Positions 12,538 through 26,481 of a DNA stretch of 64,000 nt are shown piece by piece; the first letter of the stretch is position 1, and each line of letters begins with the position of its first letter. Source of the DNA: Azolla caroliniana (lineage: Eukaryota > Plantae > Polypodiophyta). The position numbers were made by a program, and so were the translations under genes. The stretch covers positions 10,106,001 to 10,170,000 of the forward strand of contig JBHGNT010000009.1 in assembly GCA_043228905.1 (NCBI GenBank), written 5' to 3'. The notes under the pieces are model-generated. The model made no database searches and was not told the DNA's origin. It worked only from the letters and a program-made list of their open reading frames with translations.

Positions 12538-14480
12538 CCATGCTCTTCTTTATTAATTTAGGTGAGCTAATGACATATGAAGAAGTTTTGGCAAGTGCCG
12601 ACTCGATTAATTGGTGATTAGCTATGGAATTGGAGATGAATTCCATTAAGGAAAATCGGATCTGGGATCCAGTAGAATTGTCGACGAATCGACATGCATT
12701 ACCATGCAAATGGGTCTTTCAACTCAAGGAGACATTTGACTCGGCAAGTCCCAAATATAAGAGCCGGTTAGTAGCAAAGGGCTTTTTGGCAAGAATATAG
12801 GATCGACTTTAAAGAAATGTTTTCACCCGTAGTTTGGTTATTACTCGGAGTCATCGCCGTTGAGAATTTGGAGCTTATCGAAGACGACCTTCCTTCACGG
12901 TGACTTAGATGAAGAAATCTATATGGAGCAGTCGAAAGGCTTCACATCACTAGGCCAACAACATCTAGTCCGCCGACTCAAGAATATTCTTTATGGCCTC
13001 CAGAAGGCACCAAGGCAATGGTATAGAAAATTCGATGATTTTATTCAATTGGTCGGATTTTCTTAGAGTGATGAGGGCCATTGCCACTATTCGAAAGACG
13101 CACAAGAGGGATCATCCATCTTCCTCATCCTCTATGTGGATGATATGTTGCTCTCTGGCTGACATGCTAAAGAGCTTGTCAAACTTGTTCGGCAATTCTC
13201 GTTGAAATTTTCCATGATGGACCTAGGTCCTGTCTGACACATTCTCGGGATGAAGATTACTCGACATCATGCACAAAGACAACTTTTTCTGTCTCAGGCC
13301 GACTACATCCTATGAATCTTAGAGTGATTCAACATGCAATCGTCCCCATCTGCTTCAACTCCATTGATTGTCAACCTTCAGGTATCTCAAAGAGATTTCC
13401 AGTCCAGAGGGGGATCATATGAAGTTGGTACCGTATGCACCTAGGTTTTAGGGTTAGGGTTAATGGTAATGATGATTGGTGATGGAGATGGTGTGTTGGA
13501 TGAGGATGATGAGTGTTATAGGATTGGTGGTGAGAGAGACGACAAGCATTGAGAAACATTGTGGGGTGGGGGGTGGTGCCTAGAATGGCTCCACCCCCCT
13601 CCTAAGGGGTTTCAACGTTAAGGGGGAGGGAAGAGAGAGAGAAATGACAAGAGAGAGATTGAGGGGGGAAATGATCATTCTATTCATTCATACCCCATAA
13701 GGGGTTAAATAGTTACAAAAAGGTAGATACACAAGGGTGCAAGCCCCTTGGGCATTCACACCTAGTCACTCACTCACACCTCTTTGTATCCACCACACTC
13801 ACACTTACATTCACACTCATAATCGTATAACATTACACATACATATCAATGCATTACATCTTTCACCCTTACTTATCACACTTATCAATCACCCGTACAT
13901 CTCGTACGGTAACAGAGTCGTTGGCAGATTCATGCACACTTAGTCTAGGCTACCACGAAACATATCTTCAGATATTTAGTGGGCACAGAAGATCTTGACT
14001 CCTTTTTGTACCAAACAAAAATTTGGACGTAGTTGGGTACACCGACTCAGACTTGGCGGCTGTTTGGATAGCGGAAAGTTGACATCCAGATACCTCTTCC
14101 AATTTGGCCATGAGCAATCTCATGGAGGTCAAAACTCCAGGAGTGCATGGCTACTTCGACGACCGAAGCCAGATATGTAGCTACATCCGACGCGGAGAAA
14201 GAAGCACTATGGCTCGGTTGTCTAGCCTACATGTTTCGGCAAGCTAGCCTAAATTCGGCTCTAGTCATCTTCAACGACAGTCAAGGAGAAGTAGCACTAG
14301 TGAAGAACCGGTACACCACAATGCCTTGAAGCACATCAAAGTTTGATACCATTTTGTTTAGGATTGTGTCACCAAATGAAAGCTCGGCTTGGAGAAGGTT
14401 TCTACAACCGACAATGTTGTGGACGTGATGACGAAGTGTCTTTTGGCCGACCATTTCGGTCAATTCGGTAGCTAATGGGC
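12538..14480 (+). pseudogene. Degenerate copia RT/RNase H (3' part of the host split by E1)
   Basis: CKWVF, KSRLVAKG, FLHGDLDEEIYMEQ, LYGLQKAPRQWY, LYVDDML, STTEARY; many stops and frameshifts; interrupted at 13441-13914. Confidence 0.88.
13441..13914 (-). repeat. LTR fragment (TGTTACC family), reverse orientation, inserted in copia RT
   Basis: Minus strand begins TGTTACCGTAC; similar to 14990-15440 and 58017-58337; GA/CA-rich; other end truncated. Confidence 0.65.
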
Positions 14481-14684
14481 GTAACTTTTGGCTCAACTTG
14501 AGCATAATGAAGACTTTGTCCTGGTCGAATCAAGCACAGAGGTAACTTTCGGCTCTATCTATTTCGGAGTAGCACAAGAGTGCAAAATTCGGTTGATAGC
14601 ATATCATCGTCTCTTTGTTATATCAACATTTTTTTAGTTTATTCTTGTACATATTTGTTTTGTAATACGCCCATTATGGGGGAG

Positions 14685-14900
14685 TGTTGAATACGGTAAT
14701 ATAATACACATATTCACAATACCTCGTTAGACAAACTAGATTAGACTATTTATGTAAATAGCATAAAGTGTAGTTGCCCTAGATCAGTTAGTATATAATT
14801 GACTTGTAACCTAGTTTGTATGATGATGCTGCCATTTTCTTTGTAGCTTTCTTGGGAAGCATATAGTGTAAAAGAACCCACTATTGCAGATCAAGTGCTA
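14685..14900 (+). repeat. 3' LTR (partial) of the degenerate copia element
   Basis: PPT ATGGGGGAG followed by TGTTGAATAC; 3' end not found. Confidence 0.6.
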
Positions 14901-14989
14901 GTCGAAGTAGAGATTAGGTATCAATGGGAGCAAACTCATTCCGGTGTCTTTCACTATGAAATGGCACAACAACATAGTCAATGGATATG

Positions 14990-15440
14990 GAGATGGAGAT
15001 GTTCGGTGCACGAGTTGAAGAAACAAAGGGAATGGATGGAATAGGGAAAGAGAGAGAGAGAGACTTCCTCTCAAGGGAGGGTCGGTTGTAGGGTGTGCCA
15101 ATGTTAATGGATGGGGGGTGAAGCCAAGAATGGCTCCACTCCCCTCCCAAGGGGGTTATGAGAGAGAGAGAGAGAGAGAAACAAAGGCACACACCAAAAA
15201 TGAGAGGGAAAAATGTATATCATTACATGCCCCATAGGGGGTTTATATAGTACATAATGTAACGGTTAATAATATGACCGTTACGAAAAGATGATCGTTA
15301 CATTCTTGTCACATGCACCTAACTGTGCATGTGTTCATAAACATACTCATTCTCACACACTTCATGTACATTACACATACACAACAAGAACTTTATAGTG
15401 TTCCACCCTTATATCGCCCCGTACACTCCTATGGGTAACA
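14990..15440 (-). repeat. LTR fragment (TGTTACC family), reverse orientation
   Basis: Minus strand begins TGTTACCCATAGG, matching 58018; left boundary approximate. Confidence 0.6.
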
Positions 15441-16830
15441 GTCCTCAAGCTCCTCAAGCTCGGCCTAAGCAATCTAGAGGTCACGCAACCATCTTTGCTA
15501 GCTCCTAGAGTGTTGAGCATGGTCTTGTCCAGCACCGAGAGCTAAGCAAACCGCATCTCAAAATCCTGGAAAATCATCGTCTTGTTTCTTCCCTTTTCGG
15601 GAAGTTCGACCCATTCCATGAACTCCCTCTTCGACATCTAGAGTGAATCATCAAGCCTGTATCTTTCGAGGAGTTGTTCCTCAAACTCTATCTAGTTGCG
15701 GTGGGCTGCTTGTATCTTGAGCACCTCAGCATGGATACTCGGTGTTACAACCTTGACGAACCTGTTCAACCGTCTTTCTTCAGGGATGTCCCTCATGAGC
15801 ATCTTGACCTTATAGTCCTCCAAATAAATCGTGACATCCTTCCCATTAAATCGGCCCGTCGTGCCAAGTATAGTTTCTATGGCCCTATCGAGGCCAACGG
15901 AGCTCTCTCAAGCATTCGGCAAGCGATCAACGGCCACTGCCATCGCCTCAGCCAACTCACCGCCTCTCATCTTGGAACTCCTTCCCCGCCATTTTGACGT
16001 CAGGTTCACCAAAGGTGTCGTTGATATCCACGGCTTGCACGTCGGCCCGAGCAAGACCACTGGGGTCTCAAACCTACGAGCCTGATAATGAGTGGCTACC
16101 TGTCATGAACACCAAGCTTGGAGTCTCTTACCCGGTTCGGTTGCCAGAGTACTTAGGGAGCGCACGAACTTGTAGAACCTATATCTGATCCGTCTCTGCC
16201 ACCGGATTCTAGAAGACGAGGACACATGCTCTCCTACACAATGGGTAAATGCAGAACGAACAGAGAAGGACGGAGCCCTTCCGGACACGAATGCAGAGAA
16301 TTGACTAATAACACAAAGAGGGTAGATCAACAGTAAGAGCATTAGATACAACAATGATAAGGAATCAATTAATGTTGAGAAAGAATACAAAGTCAGCCTT
16401 GTGCCATAATTAGAGCTTCGAGCTCTGCACACACACACCCACACCCACAAACACAATTGAGCCTTTGGTCGAGAGCACATGGGCTACCTACACAAGTAGT
16501 GGCCCCACTCCACCTAACCGAACAAGAAGAACAGAAACCTTTAGGCATTTGAGAACCTAAACCAACAACACCTTCCCCTCCTAAAATGATGATCCCTGCA
16601 ACAGACACTTTCCCTCCCTTTTATAGATCCAAGGGGTGAGAGGGTTGACATTACATCAGGTTGTTATTACACCTGCTTTTGTTAGAGATTTCCTCACAAT
16701 TTTCTACTATCACACGCTCTCATTCCCCTCTTTTTGTGGGATGATAAAAGTACCTATTAAAATACTCTACCTTGTACTTATTAATACTTCAATATTTACA
16801 ATTGGTGATACATAAGACCTCATTCACATG
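15441..16830 (-). mobile_element. 5' remnant of divergent Ty3 element: LTR (~16171-16830) plus degenerate gag (~15510-15990)
   Basis: Minus translation gives GRFNGKDVTIYLEDYKVKML...SKREFMEWVE, homologous to gag at 38911 (GQFNGKDVSRYLRDYKAEML); LTR edge ...TTCTACA at 16171. Confidence 0.7.
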
Positions 16831-16849
16831 CACCCGTGTACTCTCTTGT

Positions 16850-18169
16850 TCACACGCGGTCGGTGAGCTTTCTCCTTGTGGCCAGAATCCTCCACAACAT
16901 CGCGTCAAAAACCGAGGAGATAGTTTACACACAAAGAAAAAGGGAAGAAGATTCTAAAGCACGACAATCCTGAAGGCACATCGGATCAGAGTGACACCGA
17001 CGAAAGCATGAGCGAAGACAAACCTCCTGAGCTGAGGTCAGAATCAGCCAACAGAACCTTAGAGACGGCCAACGAAAGGTTGCACCAATCAACTAGCCAG
17101 AAGAACCCTGTCCTCGGGTATTGGTACAATGAGTACATGGCACATCATTATGAGTACATGACAAAGGCGGTGGAAATAGGCGAGCCGAGAGAGCTACTCA
17201 GAGGCGGCACATGATGCCAATTGGCAAACAACCATGGAGGAAGAAATGTGGGCATGAGTTGTCAATGAAACATGGGACCTAGTGGATCCTCCCTGACATT
17301 GCAAGCCGATCAGATGCAAATGGGTGTACAAGGTAAAGCACAATGTTGACTGCTCTGTCAATTGGTACAAGGCCTCACTGGTGGCCAAGGGCTACTGTTA
17401 AGGACAGAAGCACGGACACACCAACGCGTTGTAACACGGCATCAACTACGATGAGACCTTTGCGCTAGTGGCGAAGATTACGACAGTTTGCATGGTGCTG
17501 GCGGTAGCAGCGGAAAGGGGGTGGCATCACCACCAGATGGATGTCAAGAATGTGTTTATTTAATACGACCTTGAAGAACAGGTATTTATTGTCCAACCCC
17601 CTGGATTTCGGTCAAAGTTGAACAAGTCGGCAGTCTGTCGGCTAAAGAAGTTGCTTTATGGTCTCAAAACAAGCCCCACGAACTTGGAACTCCAAAATCA
17701 CGCAATGGTTTCAAAGTTGAACTCTTCGTTGTTCACCCGGATAGGGTAGAAAGGCATATGATCCGACACAGTTCCGATTGATAGTCGGAAGCCTGATACT
17801 CTTAACTATCACCCGCTCGAACCTCAGTTATCCACTCGGGCTAATAAGTCAGTTCATGTCAGAATTGTCAATAGTGCATCTTCAGTGCGCGCACCAAATA
17901 TTGAGATATGTGAGCGGCATGAAGGATCAAGGACTGCTATATTGACACGGTATAGCCGAACAACTAGTCGGACATAGTGATGCCGATTGGGCTGGAGACG
18001 CCACGAATCGGCGAGCGACAGTAGGGTTTATGTTTTCTCTCGGGAGCATGGCGGTAGCGTCGAGAAGCAAAAAGCAGTCAACAGTGGCCTTGTCGAGCAC
18101 CGACACAGAGTACCGAGGAGCCACCGTCGCTACATGCGAGGCAATATGGTTCAAGCGGCTGTTACAAGT
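16850..18169 (+). pseudogene. Degenerate copia RT/RNase H remnant
   Basis: [44 protein letters not shown]. Confidence 0.85.
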
Positions 18170-21100
18170 TGTTGAGATACAAGCTCAACAGTGGCCGGAT
18201 CGGTTGGGGCCGATCGGTTAGGCCGGACCGGTGCGTAAAACGGGTGCGTAAACCAGTATGCAAACTAGTGCGTAACGAGAAGCCATAGTGGTGCGTAAAC
18301 CGCGAGGCCGTTGGAAAGATATTCCGCATAGGAATATATTTTGGGAGTTAGCGTAGAGCTCAGTTATGAGCATTGAAGTACGTGTCAGTAATTCTGTCAG
18401 TCTGTATGGACTTGTATAAAAGTGCTCACTGAGCACATCCTATGTACAGATTGAGTATTATTTTGAATCGAGGTTTTCTTGTGTGTTCTCTGTCTCTGTC
18501 TCTATCTCTCCCGCTTACTATGCATATACGAGCTCTCCATTAAACCTGCGTATTTTTTGTGTTCGATTTCCTATCGCTTCCGCATGTTTTTCTTCACATG
18601 GTATCAGAGCGCGAGGGTTGAGAACCTTTGCAGTTGACATAGCTTGAAAGGGAAACTAACCAAGAAGAACAGGTAAAACCGATGGATAGAGGCATGGCTA
18701 GCTCGCTTTCGATGGAGAAGCTCGACAGAAACAACTACACGTCTTGGTCCTACAAGATGCACTAGTACCTGCTCGAGCACGATTACTAGAGCTATGTCGA
18801 TAGAGCAAATGACACAGCACCCGAATCGACACACAGAGATTTCCTGGTGTGGGAACAGTCAGCGAGCAGAGTACTGTACTGCTTCACGTCTTGTGTGGGG
18901 AACATCTCCTAAGCTACATTCGGGATGCAAAAACGCCAAAAGATGCTTGGGGAAATCTGAAGAAGATTTTCACCGCAAGCACTACAACCAGGAAGCTTCA
19001 ACTCCAAAAGGAGTTGAGCAACCTATGACGACGTGATTTGTAAGTGGCTGATTACACCTCGAAGATCAAAGATATATGTGACTCCTTAGCCTCCATCGAT
19101 GTGAACGTTGAGGAAGGCGAGATGGTGCAGATCTATCTCGGGGGATTGGCACCGAAGTTCGGAGCATTCTGAACTGCTGTGTGTACATGAGAGAATACGC
19201 CATTGTTTTTCGACCTACAGTCGATGCTCTTTATAGAGGAGAACCACGCAGGTGCGTCGACGAGCACACATGCCGATAGCAAGATGTTGTACACGGAGGG
19301 AGATAGGCCCTGTGGTCATGGCGAACGAGGCGAGTCGGTGCGCAATGGAGGCGGCCGATGAGATCAAGGACGAAGGCACCAAAGTGATGCCGGCAACAAT
19401 TCCAGACCCTCCGGAAATAGGGGGAGTCGAGGCGACAAGAACTGGGAAGGGAAATCCATTGTAGAATGTTGGTACTGTGGCAAGAAAGGCCACAAGGAGA
19501 GCGAGTACTGGTAGAAGCGCGTCGATTCAGAGAGGACCGGATCCAGATTAGGCTCCGGATAAACCGACAAAGGAAATTGGCAGCGATCGCACTACGCCGC
19601 AGGGTCCGAAAAAGCCGAAAAAGGGTCTGCCTTCGTGACGAGACACGAAGCGAACTCGATGAAGATGTCCACCCGGAAATCAGACGAGGTGTGGTACGTT
19701 GTCTCCGGTGCTTCAAATCACATGACGTGTCACAGGAGTGGTTCCCGTACCTAGAAAAACCGATGCAACCGGGAGTAGTTGCAATCGGAGACGACACTCC
19801 GCATCCGATGGTGAATGTTGGTGAAGTTCCCTTGAGCCATGTCGGGTAGAAAGGGAAACTTATGAACGTGTTGCACGTCCCCACAATCACGAAGAATTTG
19901 GTGTCGGTCGGGTAGATCGTCGACCAGGGGATGCAAGTCCGGTTCACGCATCTTGGGTGATTCATCGAAGAAGAAGGCCGAGTTATTGCGCAAGGGCGCA
20001 GAGACAGGAGGATGTTTATCCTCGACTCTAGTGACGGTGGCACCGCAATATTCGCGAAAGGACAAAAAGTCGAGTTGGATATCGACTTATGGCACAAGTG
20101 GATAGGCCATGTCAAATATCAACGGCGATCGAAACAGGTGGTGTTCGGATTGCCCAAATTTAGTGGCCGGAAGGCTAGAATTTGTGAAACCTGCCAACTC
20201 GAGAAGCAACACCGACTTCCTTTCCCTAACAAGCATAATCGTAGCCAGAACAAGCTCGACTTGATACATTCCGATGTATGGGGGCCGACACAGAATGTTA
20301 GTCTTGGCGGGAGTCAATATTTTGTCTCCTTCATCGACGACTATACGCAGCACACGTGGAGCTATCTCATCGAGAAGAAGAGTGAAGTCTTCAACTGTTT
20401 CCGGGACCTCAACGGGTTCGTGGAAACGGAAACAGGACGGAAGATCAAGTGCTTGCGGTCGGATGGTGGAAAAGAATACTTTTCCCGGTCAATTCAATGG
20501 CTATCTGCGACAGATGGGAATTCGACGCGAATTCAGTTGTAGATACACGCCGGAGCAAAACGGTCTGGCCGAGAGGAAGAACCGGTCAATTGTAGAAGCG
20601 GCATGGGCAATGCTAGAGGAGAAGAACTTGCCCAAGTTCTATTGGGCCGAGGCGGTACGAACCGTAGTATACATCCAGAATCGGATCAGAGACAAAGTGT
20701 CGGTGCATGAGCAGTACTTCGGAAGGAAGCCGAATCTACGACACTTGAGAGTTTTCGGTAGCATTGCGTATGTCCATGTATTAAAGGAGAAACGGAGGAA
20801 GTTGGACGCGAAAGTCGAGAAGTGTATCTTGGTCGGCTACTCGGATGAGTAGAAGGGTTATAAGTGTTATAACCCTCGCAGCAAACAAGCGCGCGTGAGC
20901 CGTGATGTTGTGTTTGACGAGTCCGCGTCCTGGTACTTGCCTCCGACTCCGGATCTCACCTCCAATCTGAGTTTTGATGATGAGGTCAGTGAGGCCGAGG
21001 TGCCTCCGGTTGAGCCTGAAATCGGGACCCGCGAAGAGAGTCCGATTTCATTTCGGTCAAGCAGACCGGATGTACGACTGAGTTGGTTCGACTAGTCCGA

Positions 21101-21235
21101 TGAAGAGCCGGTGAGTAGTGGAGACTCGGCCGTGCATTCCTTGCGCAGGAAGCCTAGGAGACGGTTTACGCGCAAAGAAAAAGGGAAGAAGAAGGTGTCG
21201 GATTACAACACGGATAGGAATGAGTCGGATTGACG
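18170..21235 (+). mobile_element. Copia family B copy 1: 5' LTR 18170-18598, PBS-Met 18599-18610, degenerate gag-PR-INT, 3'-truncated
   Basis: TGTTGAG...CTTCACA LTR; TGGTATCAGAGC; CWYCGKKGH knuckle; LWHK-IGH; LIHSDVWGP; RSDGGKEY; EQNGLAERKNR. Confidence 0.9.
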
Positions 21236-21239
21236 CGAG

Positions 21240-22112
21240 GCTGAAATATAGGGATGGGGAAAGCATAGTCGAGCAAATTCATGGGGTATGTGAATCAACT
21301 TGCTACAAGTAAGTTTCCCCTTGGAGATACAATGCAGGGCATCCTACTATTGTGCACCCTACCGGAGAACTGGGAGAATCTAGTGGTGACTCTCAGCACC
21401 TCGTGTTAGGAAGAGAACCTATACCGACAAACTGCAAACTTAATAGAAATCAACGTCCGAAGATGAAAGTGGAGAAACCTGATATGAATAAGATTCCCTA
21501 TGCCGCAACTGTTGGAAGCCTGATGTACGCAATGGTTTGTTCTCGGTTGAACATCACATATGCAGTCGGAGTCGGCAACTGATTAATGAGTAATCCCAGA
21601 AAAGAGCATTGGGCTGCAATAAAAGGGATACTTCGATTCCTGAAAGGCACCTCTAGTGTGTGTCTCCAATTTGGTTCAGGTAATCCCATGTTGAAAGGGT
21701 TCACGGATTCTGACGTGTCGGCTGATGCAAATACCAGCCGATCAACATCCGGATACGTGATGATGTTTGTAAGGGGAGCCATTTCATGGTAGTCGAGGTT
21801 GCAAAAGGCTCTAGCTTTATCGACCATAGAAGCTGAATACATGACCACGGTGAAAGTCGACAAGGAAATCATCTAGATGTGAGACTTCATCAGTGATGTA
21901 GGAATAAGGCAGGAGTGCCATCCACCTTTCAAAGAATGTCGCCTACCACTCGAGAACTAAGCACATCTAGCGGAGATATCAGTGGCTGAGAGAGAGGGTA
22001 GAAGAAAGGGACTTTACTCTGGTAAAGGTCCATACAGACGACAACGGATTAGACATGCTAACAAAGGTGTTGTCAATGGACAAGTTAAGCACATGTCGAT
22101 AGAAAGTGGGAT
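21240..22112 (+). pseudogene. Internally deleted copia (gag fragment joined to RT/RH), related to the element at 1-1010
   Basis: LKYRDGES...LLLCTLPENWENLVV followed directly by IPYAATVGSLMYAMVC and DVSADANTSRSTSGYVM. Confidence 0.75.
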
Positions 22113-22592
22113 TGTTACGAGCATGAACATATAATATCCCGTGGTGAGAATTTACCGTAGTATTCTATACACATGGATAAAGTGTGAGGGTTAAACAAGA
22201 GTGTAAAGAAGGGGAGGATTACTTTTAATCCTCGGGATTGAGACAACCCAATAGGCCAAGTGTGAACTTGCATGGGGGCCTTAGGTCTGGCTATAAAGAT
22301 GAGGCCTAGCTACCCTCATTTGACACATTATCTACTATGTTGAGACTCTAACAGTCTGGTGGGTCAACTCTTGTAGCGAGCACGCCAGCACCAGGTATGC
22401 CTCGACGCCCCCTCAACACCATGGCGGTGGTATGGGACGTCGATCGAGGCTCGAGTTCATCTTGATCCCTTCGCTTAGGTCTAGTCGGGTGGATCAACAC
22501 ACTTCTTTCTCTCTCTCCTTTCTTATTTTCTATCTTTTATCCTTATCATATTCTTACATTAGTAGCTAAGCTCTAACAGTTGGTATCAGAGC
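22113..22592 (+). repeat. 5' LTR (22113-22578) with PBS-Met (22581-22592) of another element
   Basis: TGTTAC...CTCTAACA, TATA CTATAAAG, then GT-TGGTATCAGAGC. Confidence 0.75.
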
Positions 22593-22928
22593 TCATGTTT
22601 CTTTTGTTGGTTTTTGTTGACTTCTTGATGGATGGTGATCGATCAACGTGTGGTTGACCTTGATCCAGATAACGATCAACAAAGGAACTTTGGTAACTCT
22701 TTCTTGTTTTTTATTTCTATTCTTTCTTCTCCCAATCTAATCATGTATAGTCAATATGTTTTTTCTTTATTGATTCAATGATGTTGTAGTGGTAACGGAT
22801 TGGTTGTATAAAAAAAATTCATATGTGTATGAGATCAATACCTCATTTGACATAATATTTTATATGTGATTCGTGTCGTATGCGTACGAGGTTAATATCG
22901 CAATTGCATATTATGTTCACATACATAT

Positions 22929-24770
22929 TATTGAGATACAAGCTTAACATTGGCCGGATCGACTGTGCAAGCCGAGAATCAGATCGGTTGGGGCCGATCG
23001 GTTAGGCCGGACCAGTGCGTAAACCAGTACGCAAACCGGTGCGTAACGAGAAGCCATAGCGGTGCGTAAACCACGAGGCCGTTGGAAAGATATTCCTTTG
23101 GGAGTTAGCGTAGAGCTCAGTTATGAGCATTGAAGTACGTGTTAGTACTTTTGTCAGTCCATATGGACTTGTATAAAAGTGCTCACTGAGCACGTCCTAT
23201 GTACAAATTGAGTATTATTTTTTAATCGAGGTTTTCTTGTGTGTTCTCTCTGTCTCTGTCTCTGTCTCTATCTCTGTCTCTGTCTCTGTCTCTCCCGCGT
23301 ACTATGCATATACAAGCTCTCCATTAAACCAGCATATTTTCTGTGTTCGATTTCCTATTGCATCCGCACGCTATTCTTCACATGGTATCAGAGTGCGAGG
23401 GTTGAGAACCTTTGCAGCCGACATAGCTTGAAAGGGAAACTAACCAAGAAGAACAGGTAAAACCGATGGATAGAGGCATGGCTAGCTCGCTTCCTACCGA
23501 GAAGCTCGACAGAAACCACTACGCGTCTTGGTCCTACAAGATGCACCAGTACCTGCTCGGGCACGGTTACTAGAGCTATGTCGACGGAGCAAATGACACA
23601 GCACCCGAATCGACACACAGAGATTTCCCGGCGTGGGAACAGTCGGTGAACAAAGTACTGTACTACTTCGCGTCTTGTGTGGGGAATAGCTCCTAAGCTA
23701 CATTCGGGGTGCAAAAACGCCGAAAGATGCTTGGGGAAATCTGAAGAAGATTTTGCCGCAAGCACTACAGCCAAGAAGCTTCAACTCCAAAAGGAGTTGA
23801 GCAACCTACAACAATGCGATTTGTCAGTGGCTGATTACACCTCGAAGATCAAAGATATATGTGACTCCTTAGCCTCCATCGATGTGAACGTCAAGGAAGG
23901 CGAGATGGTGCAGATCTGTCTCGGGGGACTGGTGTCGAAGTTTGGAGCATTCCGAACTGCTGTGTGTACACAGGAGAATATGCCGTCGTTTTTCGAACTA
24001 CAGTCGATGCTCCTTATAGAGGAGAACCATGCGGGTGCGCCGACGAGCACGCATGCCAACAGCAAGATGTTGTACACGGAGGGAGATAGGCCCCGTGGTC
24101 GTGGCGGACGAGGCGAGTCGGTGCGTAATGGGAGCGGCCGACGGGATCAAGGAAGAAGACATCGAAGTGATGCCAACAACAATTCCAGACCCACCGGAAA
24201 CAGGGGGAGTCGAGGCGACAAGAACCGGCATGGGAAATCCGTCGCAGAATGCTGGTACTGTGGCAAGAAAGGCCATAGGGAGAGCGAGTGCTGGAAAAAG
24301 CGCGTCGAGGGTAGTCTATCCCAACGCTGATACAGAAGAACCGATGGGTCAAGAGGTGCCAATGTCGCAATAGCGAGCGAGCTGATAAAGGCCTACAGAG
24401 CAGATGACCGAAGAGGTCGAAGAGCGCGGGACCGGACTGGTCGAGGAGCGCTAACCAGGAGACGAGCTAGCAGGAGGTACCAAGGCGAAGAACTAGTAGG
24501 GCAAGAGGAACCTCAACTTGAGCTTGAGGGGGAGTGTTGAGAAGCAAACTCAACATGGGCCGAATCCGCTGAATAAGACAAGAGTCGGATCGGATGAGGA
24601 CCGATCGGCTAGGCCCGGATCGGTTGAAGAAGCCGGGAGTCCGATCGGTGGAAAACTAGATCAGTGGAGAGCTGGATCGACTGGGAGATGGTAGGCCATT
24701 AGATGCCTACACGTCTACTTTAGTAGGTAGGAATAGTTTTAGGAGTAGTGTCAGATGCCCACACCTCCCA
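22929..24770 (+). mobile_element. Copia family B copy 2: LTR 22929-23382, PBS 23383-23394, gag, large internal deletion, PPT and partial 3' LTR from 24535
   Basis: High similarity to 18170-19520; PPT GAGGGGGAG then TGTTGAGAAGCAAACTCAACA. Confidence 0.85.
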
Positions 24771-25189
24771 CTTCTTTTTGAGAGGCTTGGATGGAAATGA
24801 AACTAAGCTTAGTACAAAGTCATTTCCTTTATCGAATATGTTACACCATAACATATTTTTGTACAATACTAGAACTCTTTTAGCTTAAGTTCTATTTTTA
24901 TTTTTTTTGATGATTGGGTAAATACCCTATTTTGTTGTACACCAACTGTCTCATGGGCCAATTGTTGGCCTTAGAATACATTAATATTTCTTTCTTCCTT
25001 CCTTTCTTTCTCTCTCTCTCTAGTTGAGAAAAAACATATTATTCACAAAACAAACATATTTTCCAAAAGAGTTCCTCATTGAAAATGATCTATATTTGTA
25101 TTGTGAGAGATATACGCCCCACAATGTCCATACAAATTTGAAGAAAGTTGAGGAGGAGGTTGTGCAAGAGTTCATCTGTGGTGTCCCTA

Positions 25190-25610
25190 CATAGTGCCAA
25201 CTCAAAACTAGCCCCAAAATAAGTCACGAGGGAATCAAGGAGCCCCAAAACGAGTTGGCACATACCCATAGAGTCCCGATTGAAGTTTGCATGAGGATAA
25301 CCCACCCAAGGTTTGGGTTGGGACAATCCCATGTAGCCACCAATCCCAACTAAAGTTGGGCCTCAATCCTAGTCCCAATTTCAGTCCTAAACCCTGTGCC
25401 ACCTTGGGTTGGGACAACCCAATCCCAATGGGCAATCCAATTGGAACTACTCCACAAATAGTGCAAGTGTAAGCCCCAATGGCTAGCCTCAATGGCCATT
25501 CTTGGCCTAATGCTAGGGAAACCCAAGAGCCACTCTTGGCATAAGGGCTTGGGTAGCCCAAGAACCAACCCCTTGGTCTATTTATGGGCCCGGAACTTCT
25601 CCTCATTTTG
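25190..25610. repeat. Imperfect repeats of a TTGGG/CCCAA-rich motif
   Basis: TTGGGTTGGGACAA(T/C)CC at ~25313 and ~25404, plus many CCCAA/TTGGG units. Confidence 0.4.
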
Positions 25611-26481
25611 GTTCATTCCTCGATTTCCTAATTTACTAACTCTCTCCTCTCACTCTCCTTAATCTTAGTTAGCTCCAAGGAGCTTGTAATAAAACCTTCT
25701 TATAACCCCGATTAAGAGTAAATGATAATTAATCATAGTTTTGGCTTGATATCTCTTGTCCCAACGGTGTTTTGAGATCTTTCTGAGAACCCCAAGTTTT
25801 AGGTTCATCAAACCATCCATCTTCTTTTTTTCCTTCTATGAAACCCTGATAGGGATATGCGCAATGGTTTTGTATTTGATGGTAGGGATGGAGTTAAAGA
25901 GCATATCTACGTCAGAAGTTGAAGGGAATACTCATGCGTTTGCTGTTCTGTTTATATGTGGAGCAAGTTGGAATCGTTCTTCCTCAATGTGAGTGTTTGT
26001 CTGATGTCATATTGTCTGATGGTGATCGATTCAACATGTGCTATGAGTTGTGGTAGGTTAATTGGCAATTGATGCAAGTGTCAACATGTGGATGAGTTGT
26101 GGTAGGTACCATTGTAGTGGTCTTTTTTACATACATTTAGTACTAAATACGAATGATGTGTTTTCACCAAGACAAATAAAAAGAGAGAGAAAGATAGGTA
26201 GGTAGATTCTATTAGGTCAAATATAAAAATTGGAGAGAGAGAGAGAGAGAGAAGTATTTTATTTTAGTGTATTGAAAGATTGGAACTGCTATAAAAAATA
26301 ATAATTCACGCCAGATTCCTTGTATTATTTTTGACAGAAGGAGATGTTAGGAAGAATGCAAGAGTACATACATATATGTATTGTATATGTTTCAAACTTT
26401 AGAGCAAGCAAAGGATGATGTCGTCACCGTCACCGTTACCGTTACCGTTACCGTTACGGTCACCGTCACTGGACGTCAGCG

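Noticed and set aside
13441-13465. Telomere-like TTTTAGGGTTAGGGT
   Set aside because: Only two units, inside an LTR fragment; not an interstitial telomere array.
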